A stretch of DNA of 59,637 bases, filler included, from Basidioascus undulatus (Eukaryota): assembly GCA_000826855.1 (NCBI GenBank). It is 3 parts of 3 records of this genome, joined end to end, with 100 filler letters (N's around TTAATTAATTAA, not from the genome) between each part and the next. Parts side by side here need not be neighbours in the genome. Positions count along the whole stretch, not along the records: positions 19,925 to 39,740 come from JTLS01000396.1; positions 39,841 to 59,637 come from JTLS01000397.1; 1 more part is not named here. One strand, written 5' to 3'. Both the position numbers and the translations under genes were made by a program. The notes under the pieces are model-generated. The model ran no database searches. It saw only the letters and a program-made list of their open reading frames with translations, and was not told where the DNA came from. This document shows, piece by piece, positions 35,883-48,048 of this stretch (its first letter is position 1; every line of letters starts with the position of its first letter).

Positions 35883-37809
35883 GGCTGATTCCAGTACTCT
35901 TTCTGACTTCTCTCAGGGGAGCACAGTCCAGGAACCTTGCATCTGATTTTGCGTAGTAGGCTGTTGAGCCCGAGTTTCAGAACATCCGGTTCGCTGTTGT
36001 CGATTGCGAGGACTGCCTAGCGGTCGTGCGCGCCCTGCAGCCGACGGGCCAAGTCTTGATGCCGTTCATCGTCGTCTTCGACCATGGCGAGCAGAGTACA
36101 TTGGTGAGATTCTCTATTCTCTAATACTTGGAGGGATTCCAAGCTCAACGAGAAGTTCCGGGGTGCAGAACGGCTGCATGGCAAGGGAGGTCGCGCAGAG
36201 CCGTCTGCTCGAGAAACGGCCTCTTCTTACTTGCCCGTGGACGCCCGCCTCTTCGGCGTCGCCAGGAGGCCATCCTATGCCCACAGCCTACGCGAGAGCC
36301 CAAGGCTATACCCGCATCTCCCGCGTCTAATAGTCACCCTCATATCAGCTCGGCGGGCCCTGCTGCGTTTCTCGACTTCCCGTCGCTAGACTCGTCGCGC
36401 ACCTCGCAAGGCCGACCCGCACTTCTTCGACCTCTGCGGCTACCGCTTCAGTGTCGGCGAATGGGTCTTCAGCTGCCACACGTGCGTACTTCCTGTTTCG
36501 TTTTCCAAACGTCGAACCCATCGTTGTTACGATGGGGCTCAGCTGCGGCGTCGACTACTGCCGGATCTGCACGGCTGCGAGTGTCGACCACCGCGAGTGT
36601 GAGTTTCACCTTCACGTGGCCCCGGACCCCGGCAAAATCTGCGGCGGTGTTAAATTCCGGGGGAGTACCACGATAAGCCTTGTGGGATAACTGGCCACGC
36701 TCTCGCTGGCAGTATGCATGGTATGCATCTGGTTGGGTTCTCGCAGAACAGCAGCAACGAGCGGGGAGCGTACTTGGACCTGTGAAGCGAGATGTCTGTC
36801 GGATGTACACTTCTTGATGCCTAACTCTTTTCTTTCTTTTCACTCCGCCCCCATGGCAGCACTTGGCCCTGACTTGTTTTTTCGTACCCTTCTTGATGAC
36901 TGTCGACCACAGCAACGGTCGCTGTCCGATGGAACTGCTTCTTAATACCCTCTGCGTTCAGCTGCAAATTCATTTTCTATATTTTAATATACCTTACGAT
37001 CTAAGTGATTGCCCAAGCATGCTATCAACGATCAGGCCACGGCATACGAGAATGCACCGTCGGATTCAACGCTGAGCGACATTTGGCCGCCCTTTCTTGG
37101 ATTTTCCCTATAGATTACCTTCTAAATTAAAGATCTTTAAGATAGGAAGCTCTCCAACTTCAAAGCGCTCTAACAGGAGGGTCGGCCAGGTGCCGTACCA
37201 CTTACAGCTGTGATTCACGCCCATCGACGTGCTTGCTCCTGGATTCCGCTTGTATGTCGTAGTCCTTTTGGCCTCTAAAATATTTTGACTTCATCAACAG
37301 TACAACTTCTGCAATTCTGGGGCTTGATGTGCATGCCCCATGAGCGCGGCGCTGCCCCTTCGCGCGCTGCGCAGCGTGCTAACCGACCGCTCGCATTGGC
37401 CATAGAACGCCACGACGCACCGACAACGTAGGTTGTGGGCAAGGCGTAAAAATGATTTTGAAAATCTGCCACAGCTGAGGACTAGGACTAAGATGGGGTC
37501 ACTTCAGGCAAAAGCAGCCTATGCTGCCTCTGTCGCCCGCTGCGTCCTTCGATAAGCAGTCCGAAGCCCTACGGATCCTTCATGCGCGCATTCTGCGTTG
37601 GTGCTACCGTGATAGGAGACGCAATCCCCCGCAGTTGACAGCCCGCAGACCTTGAAGCAAACCGCACACGCGAACAGATGTCAAATACAAGCGATGCTGT
37701 ACCATATCATCACCCAACAGCCATGCACAGAACGCAACAACATCAACCCAACAGCAGCGTTCCGGACTGAATACACAAGAAAACAAAAGGCAATAACATG
37801 ACGTATCTA

Positions 37810-38232
37810 AGCTCAGCGTCCTCAACTCACTCAACCAGCCTAACGATCGCGTCGGACCCCCTTCACCTCGGTCCTCGACAAGCCGCCGCCCGAGGTCGCC
37901 CTGCCACCAGCTCGCTCCTGCAGCTGAGACATAACAGATTGTCTCAATTCTACGGGATCGAAGCTCAGATGGGAGCGTCGACTGACTGAGACCAAGTACC
38001 CGAGCCCGGACCTTTGCAGAAAGCGGCGCGTTGCGCTGGCGAGGTCGGGTTGCGGGAGGTTTGGGTGGGATGGATGAAGCTCTAGTAAAGGTTGCGCATG
38101 CCAGAAAGGAGGTGGTAGTCGCGGTCGTCGATTGCGCTGGCGCGGTAGAGGTCCAGCAGAATACTGGGGATCGTCCCCTGGAGCGCCACAGCGACGTCGT
38201 TGGGCGGCAAAGCGCTTCCGAAGATCTCCATG
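37810..38232 (-). pseudogene. Orphan gene remnant with an in-frame TAG
   Basis: MEIFGSALPPNDVAVALQGTIPSILLDLY...MRNLY*SFIHP...GS|ELRQSVMSQLQE splices in phase across a GT-AG intron. Confidence 0.3.
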
Positions 38233-38925
38233 TAGGGAGTTGAGATCGTCGGCCGGACATTCTGGGCAAAAATATGGATGAGAGTGATAGTATGGTTGGA
38301 TGTGGTTGGGGGCAGGTGGTGGTAGGTGGCAGAACGAGAACAGCAGCGCGGATCATTCGATTGAAGGCCGCACGTCTTGGCCCGACCTTTGTTGACGAGG
38401 AAGTTTCAGAGGCTCATCATCCCACACCATTATAAAATGTGGACTGTATCATAAAACTATAGCTATCTGACGGTAATGATTGCAAAAGAAGAGTCAGGGA
38501 CAGTCGAACACCACCGGCAGCGATGACATTCAGCTCACCGTGAACATCGAACCGCACCTCCCACTGAAACGACATTTGGATGTTGAGGAGTAAAACAATT
38601 GTGTTATTCTTCCACGACTGTACGGTACGAGAATAGGATCAATTCGAGCGCAGGGAGGGCACAGCCCGCTTCAACGCCGGACCACCGACCGCTTTCAGTG
38701 CAGAACGCCCGCCCGCACACTCCCCACACCTACAGACAAACCGCACTCGCAAAACCTATACAAAGCGATACTGTACAAAATCACCAGCCATGCACAAAAA
38801 CCCAACAACATCAACATCAACATCAACGAGTGAGCTCAACTAAACACAAAAACAAAGAACAAATAAGATGGGGTATCCAGGCTAAAACTCATCATCGTCC
38901 TCATGACTCATCTAACTCAACCAGC

Positions 38926-39740
38926 CTACTGGTCTTGTCGCTCCCTCTCCTCCTCCCGGTCCTCCCCTCCGCGCCGGCGCGTCTTCTTCTCCCGCATAGC
39001 AACGAGGTACTTCCTGAACTTCCCGCCGTCTCCCCCTCCTGCGCTGTGCGGAGCAGTGGGTGGGGAGGACGGTTGGGAGGTGGAGGCGGAGGTGGAAGCG
39101 GAGCGAGAGGGAGGAGAGGAGTGCATGTGCGCGTGCGAGGCGGCGAGGTCGCCTGTCGTCAGGGGCGGGTAGGACGACGGCGGGCGTGGAAGGTTGAGGT
39201 GCGGCTCGTGTGGAGTTGCGGAGTTCGAGTTCGAGGCGGAGGACGAGGGGGAGGAGGACGAGGGGGAGAAGGACGAGGGGGAGGAGGGCGCCGCGCCGGG
39301 GATGAGGCGGAAGTCTTGTCGGCACTGTTTGTGTTCCTCGCGAATCAGTATCGAGAGGGGAAGGTGGGAAGGAAGGCCGTGAGTGAACGCACCAAAGGAC
39401 ACAAGCTCGACACCTGCAACAGCCACTGGTCGATGCAGTGCGCATGGAACCGATGGTGCCCCTCGCATGGCAGGATGCGGACATCGTCGCCCTCCTCGAA
39501 GTCCTCCACGCAGATAGGGCACGTCTCGCGCCCCATCGCAGACGGGTGGACGTCCGTGCCCTCCGCAGCGTCGTGCTGCGCCGGTGACGCCTCGTTTCGG
39601 CGCTGCCCATCCGCTTCCTCATCCATCTCTTTATCCGCCTCGTCCCCATCCCGGGATCGCCTCGACGCAGCGACTACCGGCGCAGCAGTAGCGGCGGCGT
39701 CGGGGCGATGGATGCCCTCCATCTCGTGCCCCTCCTCCGG
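38926..39740 (-). CDS. RING-H2 E3 ubiquitin ligase, 3' part (5' part lost at the gap)
   Basis: TCPICVEDFEEGDDVRILPCEGHHRFHAHCIDQWLLQVSSLCPL|CRQDF, a complete C3H2C3 RING across one intron. Confidence 0.9.
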
Positions 39741-39840
39741 NNNNNNNNNNNNNNNNNNNNNNNNNNNNNNNNNNNNNNNNNNNNTTAATTAATTAANNNN
39801 NNNNNNNNNNNNNNNNNNNNNNNNNNNNNNNNNNNNNNNN
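39741..39840. other. Assembly gap spacer (N44 + TTAATTAATTAA + N44)
   Basis: Identical to the spacer at 19825-19924. Confidence 0.97.
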
Positions 39841-40473
39841 GGAGGAGGGGGGCGAGTGTCTCTCTTACCAGCCGGCGCGCACACGGTGGACCGACGCTCT
39901 AACGAAGATGTGATCTCTGCCCTCTCCCTCGCGCCCAACATCCAGATCCACCTCATCTCAAGCAACATGGCGCGGCCTTCCGCTTCAGGACGCAGCGTCC
40001 GCGCTCGCCCGCGGGCTCACACCCACCCTCCGGCACATCACGTTCATCGGCCCGCGCGGCCACAACTTCTTTGATGTGCGGCGCGCGGCGGACGGGGAGG
40101 TGCGCGTGGTGGATGTGGGCAAGAATGGGAGGGGGGTGGAGGAGGGGGAGCGGGACGGTCAAGGGGGGCCCGGTGGGTGGTGGGGAGGGGGAGAGGATGA
40201 GGGGACACGTTTGAGGGGTTGAATAGAATCGATACTGGAGATATTGTTCGGGCATCACTCAGACCTTCACTGCTAACCGCCCAGAATCGATCGCTTCGCT
40301 TTCGTTTCGCATTCCTGCTCGATTTCAAACCTCGTCCTGCCTCACCCGCTCGCTCACGCCGCTGGATGTGCCTACTCGTCCATATCGCTGGTAGATCTCA
40401 CGGTTACGCTTTTCCCCGCTGTCCATTTCCTTCGTTTCTCTGTTTCCTTGCTGTCAACTGTCTGTGTGCGATG

Positions 40474-41225
40474 TCATCCGCGCGCCAATTCACTGCCACC
40501 CCTCATCACGTTTAGTCCATCAGCTTCATTTCGCTTTGCCCCGGCTGCGGCAGGCGTCGGGACCGGCGGAGCAGCCGGAGTGGGCGTCGCAGCGGGGGCG
40601 GGGCTCTGTCCGTCTTGCTGGACCGGTCCGGCTGGCTGCGCAGCGCCGCCGCCCGAGCCGCTCAGACCGCCCTGAGCCCCGGTCCGGGCGATGCGGTATT
40701 CGGCGTAGGCGAGGGTGTCGCAGGTGACGGGCTGCAGCGGTGAAAGGGCGCGCGCGGAGCAGTAGTTTGAAGTTTCTCGGTCACGAAGGGGGTGAGAGCG
40801 AAAGAGGGGGCGAGTATTGGAGGGGATTTACTGTTCCAGCAGAATTAACAAGTGGGAGTGCGAAGCATTGAATTCGGGCGGCGCAGGCGGTCGAGGGAGA
40901 CAGGTTCCCGTTCACGTACTGCGCTGTCGACCGACGGAAGAAAGTCAGCCGGAAGTCTCTCCTTGTGATCTGATAAGATACTCACCGAACCGTGGACCGA
41001 CGCAGGTTGCTTCGCATGCTCCTCGCACCTCCGTCAGCTCTACGAGCGCAGGGAGGAAACACGCACCGCCCGTGCAGGCCGCCCCCTCGGCGAGCTTCGC
41101 GAACTTGGCGTTGAACGCTTGAGCGTCTGGCCATTGGCAAGAGTGAAGACCTGTTGCCGAGGCAGGAGGACGGGTGTGGCCTCCGAGAAAGTGGAGAGAG
41201 CGAGGCTTAGGAGGAGAGCGTGCAT
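40474..41225 (-). pseudogene. Small secreted Cys-rich protein (fungal CBM19-like repeat), frameshifted
   Basis: Signal peptide MHALLLSLALSTFSEATPV; FTLANG-(1-nt deletion ~41128)-DAQAFNAKFAKLAEGAAC; EATCVGPRFAQYVNG (expected AQCVNG); QCFALPLVNSAGT|PVTCDT...RIARTGA; Pro/Ala tail. Confidence 0.75.
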
Positions 41226-42368
41226 GGCGGGCGGGCGACTGGTGAAAGCGTGAAGGGAAGAAAAGTGATTGGGAGAGTGCTGGACTCGAAATCGGAGGAT
41301 ATAAAGTAGCTTGGGGAGCATGAGGTGAACGGTCAAGCGGCGTGGGCGGGTCTAGGACATCTATAGGGGTAACTTACATCTTGAATAGAAGCGCACTGCG
41401 CTGATATGGTCGAACGAGATGATGAGGTCAAGAAGCGACGCATAAAACCCAAGGACGACGACCCGGCGAGCTGCACAGCCGAGGGCGTGCTTTTTCACTG
41501 ATTGTTTCGACGGCAGCATACTGTGGAAGTTTGAGCGGCCTTTCCTCAGTTGAACTCAGACGCATCGAAGATCTGAAGGAATTGTCTGGGCGTTGGGAAA
41601 GGGGGGGCGTTGCTAGTCAGGCGGGCAGCCGCGTTCAGATCCGTACAGCCTGAAGGAACAACGTGCCTGAACTGGCTGCTTCAGCCTTCGTTTTGCCGTT
41701 ATAAACATTACTTTTAACAGCGAACCGGAACACTTCCGGCTTTCGATATAGTGTGTCCTGCGCAGAAATCTGAAGGAGCCTCGCAATGCCGGGGCGAGGT
41801 TGCTACGCACCAATTGCAGGTTGCACGGCCTATTGCTTCTAAGCGATGCCACCGTCAGTATATGGCTCAGGCTTTGGTCTTGTACAAGGATTTTGGTTTT
41901 ATAAGCGCTTGACACCCTTTCGCACAAGGCGATCCACTGACTGCCACGCAAGTTCGGCCTGAGGCATGCTTCGTTCCTTTCTTCACGCCTCAGCTGTAGA
42001 ACAATCTCTGAGAATATTTTTAAATCTTACGTTATGTCTTTCGTGTAACCTGCGTCTGAGGGGACGCACCGTGATTGCCAGGCCGGAAAGAGGACTCTGA
42101 GCAGCCTGGCTCGAATGCGAGGATCCCTACCCATCAGTCTTCTGCTACACAAACATATTCCTGTGGAATAGTCTGAATGCTATATTTCTTTGTTTAGTAC
42201 AACGTCTATTCGTGAAGTGCTAAGATCTTGAAAGCAGTGGGCTGCGTAGTCGGCCTTCTAGAGTTCATATCGGCGATACCACAAATGCAATTGGACGCGT
42301 GCCGGCGCGTCTCGCCTTGTCTCTTTCACCTTCTCCATTCCAGTCTTCTCATCCCATCTCCGCGTTTT

Positions 42369-43766
42369 ATGGCAACAACGTCCCAGTTACGAAAGGGCGG
42401 GTCGTCCAGCACTTCAGCCCTCGCAGAGGCCTCTCTGCACTCTCAGATCCACGAGCTACGCGAGCGAGGTGCGCGTCTTCCCTCCTCCTGCTCGCCTCGT
42501 AGCTCACCCCCCACAGAATCTGCCATCCTCGCCAAGCGCGATGCGCTGCGTGCGCGAATTCCGCCAGACGAGGCGCTCACGAACCAGATTCTCGCGTCGC
42601 TCGTGGCCGAGTCGGAGCGCCGCGCAGCCGCCGAGACGGCGCATGCGTACCGCATGACGGGATGGAGCTGCTTCGAGGTGGAACTTACGCGCGGGAAGCG
42701 CGAGCGCGCGAGGCGGAATGGGAAGAGGAAGGGCGTGGGGGTCCGGCTGGAGGTGTTCTGTCGCGGTGAGTGACTGCCGGTGGACTGCGGGAGGTGGACC
42801 ACGCGTAGGCTGACGCGCCGGGTTGGTGTACAGAACGATACCATCAACCCTACTACCTCATTTTCGCCTGTGCGCCGCCGCCGTCGGACTCCGACGCTCA
42901 GGCTCAGCCCCGCCTCGAGATTCCCCATCACACCATCCCGCATTTCTTCCCCCTGCGGAAGCTGGGAGAGCGGTATCTCGGCTGGAGAGTGCCGGGCGAG
43001 CAGGAAGACGAGGAAGGGCGCGTGGTGAATGAGGTCAACATGGAGGTGGGTCTTCCTCCGCATCGGGACCCCAAGCGCCTAACTGAGTTCGCTCAATTTC
43101 CGCCGCAGTTGTTCCTCCAACGCGTCCAATCCCATCTCACCGCCTTCGTTTCCCGACGCGAGCAAGTCCTCGCACTGCGAGAGATCACGACCCCCATACC
43201 AGCCTCGCAGCGGGGAAGCACCGGCGCGAGCGTACCTTCCAAACCAGCGCAGCAGCTTCCCTCTCCCTCGCCCTCTCCCTCCCCCGACGATCCGCCGCCG
43301 GATGCGCCCGCAGCGGACCCTGCGCCGCTCGTGCGCGCGCGCATGTCGGAAGCCGCAGATGTGATTGACGTTGAGTGGGACTTGCATCCTGCGCCGGCGA
43401 GCGGGTGGCGAAGACGCATGGAGGTCCATGTCGAGCTGGAGCCAGGGCGGGACCGCGTGCGCTGGAGGCTGGGGGAGGGCGTGCTGGGTGGGAGTGTGGA
43501 TGTTCAGGTCGTGGAGGAAGAGTCTGAGACGCGTCGGACCTCTCATAGTGCGTCCGTTTGCAACGTCCGTCCTCGTGCACGGCGTTTCATCCGTACTAAC
43601 TCGCGCATTTTCCATTCTCACAGCTCCCCAATCTCGCCGCATACCCCAACCATCCCTCCTCCGCCTGTTTTTCTCGAATGCGATCGAATCCGACGGCGAC
43701 GATCTCGACATCGTCGTGCGCCGGTTGCGCGAGCGTGGTCCCGAAGTCGACGAAGACGAGTCATGA
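42369..43766 (+). CDS. MCM21: Inner kinetochore protein CENP-O/Mcm21/Mal2
   Basis: N-terminal coiled coil, AYRMTGWSCF, VGVRLEVFCR|ERYHQPYYLIF, HHTIPHFFPLRKLGERYL, LFLQRVQSHLTAFVSRREQV. These match the CENP-O RWD-domain motifs. Confidence 0.8.
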
Positions 43767-44379
43767 CCGGACGCTCTGCCCGCTTTTTCCCCTTGCACAT
43801 TCCCCTTTCCTGATGTCCTAATATGTTGTTGTTTATGCTTTTACGCCGCCTGTTGTAGTGTTATCCCGGTTGGCACAGATGAGACGCATTTGCTTGCCGA
43901 CGATGGGTGACACGCATGAGAGTGGTTGGCTTTTCCACTGCATCTAGTAGGTAAAGATTTGACTGCAACTACTTGTTTGCGATCGTCGAGGCTGCGACAT
44001 CTGCACCGAAGGGCTGCTGCCAGGCACTGGTAAAGGTTGTTTCGGAACGTCGAAGAAGTCGAGTTGGCTCTTTCAGTTAGCTTGTTAGAAGCGTTTATTC
44101 GTAATATCAGGTGGCAGCATGACCCTCATCATACTTTCATAATACGAAGCGACCTTCATTAGAAGTCAAAGACGTCCAAGATAATCCTGGGTGCCGTACC
44201 CTTGCCGTATCTTGAGTACATACTCGCGTCCGGGCCATGCAGCGGTGCACATGGTGCATGGCACACCGTCCGCGTGGGCTCTCGCGAGATTCGTTCTGGA
44301 TGCGGCGATAACGGCGCCCTGCTGCTGGTCGATAGCACATCATCTTCTTGTCCTCCTCGCCAACTGACCACCTCACAAC

Positions 44380-47189
44380 ATGCGTCTACTGCCTTTCGCT
44401 TCCATATTGTCATCGGCACTGGCCGTGATGCTCACCCCGCAGTCGCCGTTCTTCCCCGCGGACGGCGACTCGGCGTTCGTTCAGCACGCTTCGCTCTCGT
44501 CGGCAGGCATCAATCGTGATGGCTACACCGTCCTGAGCCATCCGGCCTTCCCGGAACATCGTGTTCGTATCAAGGAGACAACTGGCTTTTGCGATCCGGG
44601 GGTGAAGAGTTATGGAGGATACATCGAGTGCGCAATCCTCATGCATCGGCCGGGCCGCACCGGTGAGCTGAGGCATGCCCCGAATTCGCAGTGTGGCCGA
44701 CGGGAAACACCTTTGGTTTTACTTCTTCGAGTCGCGGTCGAAGTGAGAAAACCACAAGTTCAAAGCTCATCGTTTTCTGATAACGAGACCTTCCTTACCT
44801 GTAGCCCAGAGACGGATCCAGTGGTGCGTATCTGAATATATTGAGACGGTGGTCATGCCTTGAAGCTGAATGAGGTTGATGTTTCTAGGTGTTGTGGACC
44901 AACGGAGGGTAAGTTGAAGTTTCGATCTTGTAGCGCGGTCGCCAGGTATGCTGACTGTGCCCTTGGCAGCCCGTGAGTCCCGTCTGTCGATCTTCCTCGG
45001 TAGATGGTAGCTCAAGTCCTCCCAGAGGAGCTTCGAGCACCATGGGGCTCTTTATGGAGCTGGGTAAGCCCTCGGTCACGGAAAATCACGCGGTGCAGCC
45101 TGGCAGCTGAATGAGCGGCTCTCACAGGTCCTTGTAACATCGACGTCCACCCGACTTCGGGATCGAATGGCACTGTCAGTCATCGGTGACCTCAACTGTT
45201 TGGAATAGTGTTAATTTATCTTATCCGTGTCGCTTTGTAGGTGTACAACCCGTACAGCTGGACGGAGGTGCCTCGTGTCGGCAGAGCATTGTCCAGTAAC
45301 GTGCTTTGACTGAAAGGAGTACCTCGCAGGCCGCAAATATCTTCTTCATCGATCAGGTGAGCAGGGAATATGGAGCCCGGGCGTTGCGGAGTACGAGAAA
45401 ACAGGACATCTGACGAGGCAAGCAGCCCGTGAGCGTGGGATACTCGTACGCTGAGCATGGTCAAGTGGTCAGAGGTACCGAACAAGCTGCTGTCGGTACG
45501 TACAGGCGTCTACTGCTGGCTTTGCAGACGCTTGAAACTGTTTGCGAAACAGATGTGGCGGCTTTCGTGCAGGTGCGCCTCGAGACTCAATCCATCAAGC
45601 GACCCGCGCGGGAAGATCTGACTTCGACATGCATTACAGATCTTTTTCGCTAGCTCAAAGACTTCACCAGTAGAGAGTTCCACTTGTCGGGAGAGTCCTT
45701 CGGTGGACGATACCTTCCGCTCTTTGCGGTGAGTGCTTTGCGCAAGTCCACTCGCTTGACCATCCCGGCAGAGCTGACTTTAATATCCCAGTCCGAGATC
45801 ATCGACCAGAATGCGGTGGCCAGGAAGCACGGCCTGCCAGAGGTCAACCTCAAATCAGTGCTGGTGGTGCGTACCAAGCTGCTTCCGTGCGAAATGCGTC
45901 TGAACAGGTTCGCTTCAGGGCAACGGTTTAACGAATCCGGTCATTCAATGGTATGCTCTGCTGATTCCTTCGTGTTCATCTGAGCGCTGCAGCTCAGCTC
46001 CCGTCTAGGCCGTCTCTGTACGACATGTCCTGCACGGGCGCTTCGATCGCACCTGTCTTATCTATCAAAGAATGTGTTCGCATTCAACAGCTCGTAAGTC
46101 CGATCTTGCCTAGTGGGTTTTTAAACAGGAAGCTGACGAGAAGGCGGACCACTAGCTGCCCCGATTGTGAGTCTGTTGCCTCATGCTGCTGGCGGCGTGA
46201 GAGTGACGCCAAGCTTTTTCGGCAGCAAAATCGAGCTGGACAAGCACTGCGGCGACTATTGGGATCAGGTTAGCTGCGCTGTGTGTAGTTTTTCTGTCAC
46301 GCAACCTTCCTTGGTGAAAAATTCTGAGCCGCAATCAACCAAAGGCCACTTACGTTTGGGTCTTCTCGGAACTCTTCAACCCGTACGACGCAAAATGTGA
46401 GCATTGCCTGTCATCTTTAAACTTCCTCATACGGCGCTCAATCAATGACTCAGACCTTAATCACTACGACATCTCGAACCCCCCGAACACTACGGGATTC
46501 TACGTGGACGAGTCTCTGGCAATTTTCACTCTTCTGAACCGGCGGGATGTTCGCGAGTTCCTTGGCGTAGACCCCAGCAGCGTTGGGTTTGCAGGAAGTT
46601 CGTGGCAAGTGAGCCGCGATTTTCAACGAACTCTGGACTTTTACAAGCCAAGTCGTACGTCGATTTGTTTCAAGGGTGCCGTTGACGACACGGCTCAAAG
46701 ACTCGAATGCAGATTTTAATGTCGCTGCGCTGCTCGAGAGGGGGGTCCCCATGCTCTTCTATGTCGGGTCAGTCGAGCTTTTGCTCCTAGCTTTGCCTGG
46801 ACGCCACTCAAGGAGACTCGCAGGACATATGACTGGATCTGCAACTGGGTTGGCAACTCACGCTGTACGTGCATTCGTTCCAGCACCCTCTCTGTCATCT
46901 GAGCTGGTTCCACAGGGCTCGAGACGCTCGAATGGACCGGGAAGGAGGGATATAATGCCGCCGAGACGCGCAACTGGACAGTCGACGGCACTGTTGCAGG
47001 GCAGACCAAGTCCTTCCGCAATCTGCGCTTCGCCACCGTTTACGGCGCCGGGCACTTGGTGCCTCACGACCGTCCTGCTGAGGTGAGCATTACAGAAGTA
47101 TTGTTTTATGCAATATATATGAGCTAACAGTAATTCTCCTCCAGTCCCTGGCTCTGTTCAAGCGCTGGATAGGGGGCAAAGCACTGTGA
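44380..47189 (+). CDS. Serine carboxypeptidase S10 (CPY-like), 23 exons, one apparent 1-nt frameshift at ~45655
   Basis: Signal peptide; CDPGVKSYGGYID, HLWFYFFESRS, WTNGGPGASS, NIFFIDQPVSVGYSY; catalytic GESFGG, YDWICN and GAGHLVP. Confidence 0.9.
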
Positions 47190-48048
47190 ACTGCTAGCAA
47201 CGCGAGGGATTTTCGGGAGACGTGCTGGCCTGGGGGCATGTTGACCACTTTGAGTACTTCCATTCACCCTTGAACACAAATGGAATAGTCGATGGTGGTA
47301 TCCCTCCCTTCATCTGAGTGGGTGAGCGGCGTGCTGCAAGAGTGCGCTTTCACCGTGATATGTGATTTATGCTCCTTAAAAGGTCTGAAACCGCTCTGCA
47401 CACAAACTTATGTGAAGTCTGACCCCCATTGATATCATGGGAAACAATGAAGGGCAGCGACTGAAACCCATCATGCATCAACTGCGCAAGCATGTAAAAT
47501 CTCACCGAGACGAGTGACCGTCCCTCATCGAGCTCCCAACTGAAGATGTACTAACAGTTTCTTCACAATGAACATATACTTACAACTTTGGCGCCTTTCA
47601 TCGTAATCTGCGGTATAATAGGACGCAGCCCTTTTGAAAGCTTCATAGCAACAGTGTCGCTGAGGAGGGTAGCTGTTCTGCTCCGCCTGGGCAGCCGCGG
47701 CCCTTGACACTGTCTAGATATGCAAACAAACAGTATGAGCGAATGACGTTGATCTTGGTTTCTTGCCATGAATGTGCACCGCACTTTCAACGAGAACGCC
47801 ATGTCTCCTTACCATTTGTACAGTACTCGCCGTTGCAGCCGGGACCTCGGCACCGTTGATGGTGGCCAAGAGGAGACCTCGTTGTCAGGGCGCAACAGCC
47901 GTGCTAGTCCTACTAGTTCATGTGGCCCCATTTTAGCTGCTACGACGTGCATGGCTTTCCCAATTCTTGTCACTTTTGCAGTGTCGGTGTACTTGAACCG
48001 GGACTCTGCGAGCACGTCCCTTCTTCATCGCTATCCTCCCTCATCGCC

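Noticed and set aside
38804..38827. Short tandem repeats: (CAACAT)n here, (ACTCAT)3 near 52482, GACTTGAAATT x2 near 1197, and a 12-18-nt repeat at 39241-39285
   Set aside because: Ordinary microsatellites or low-complexity coding repeats.
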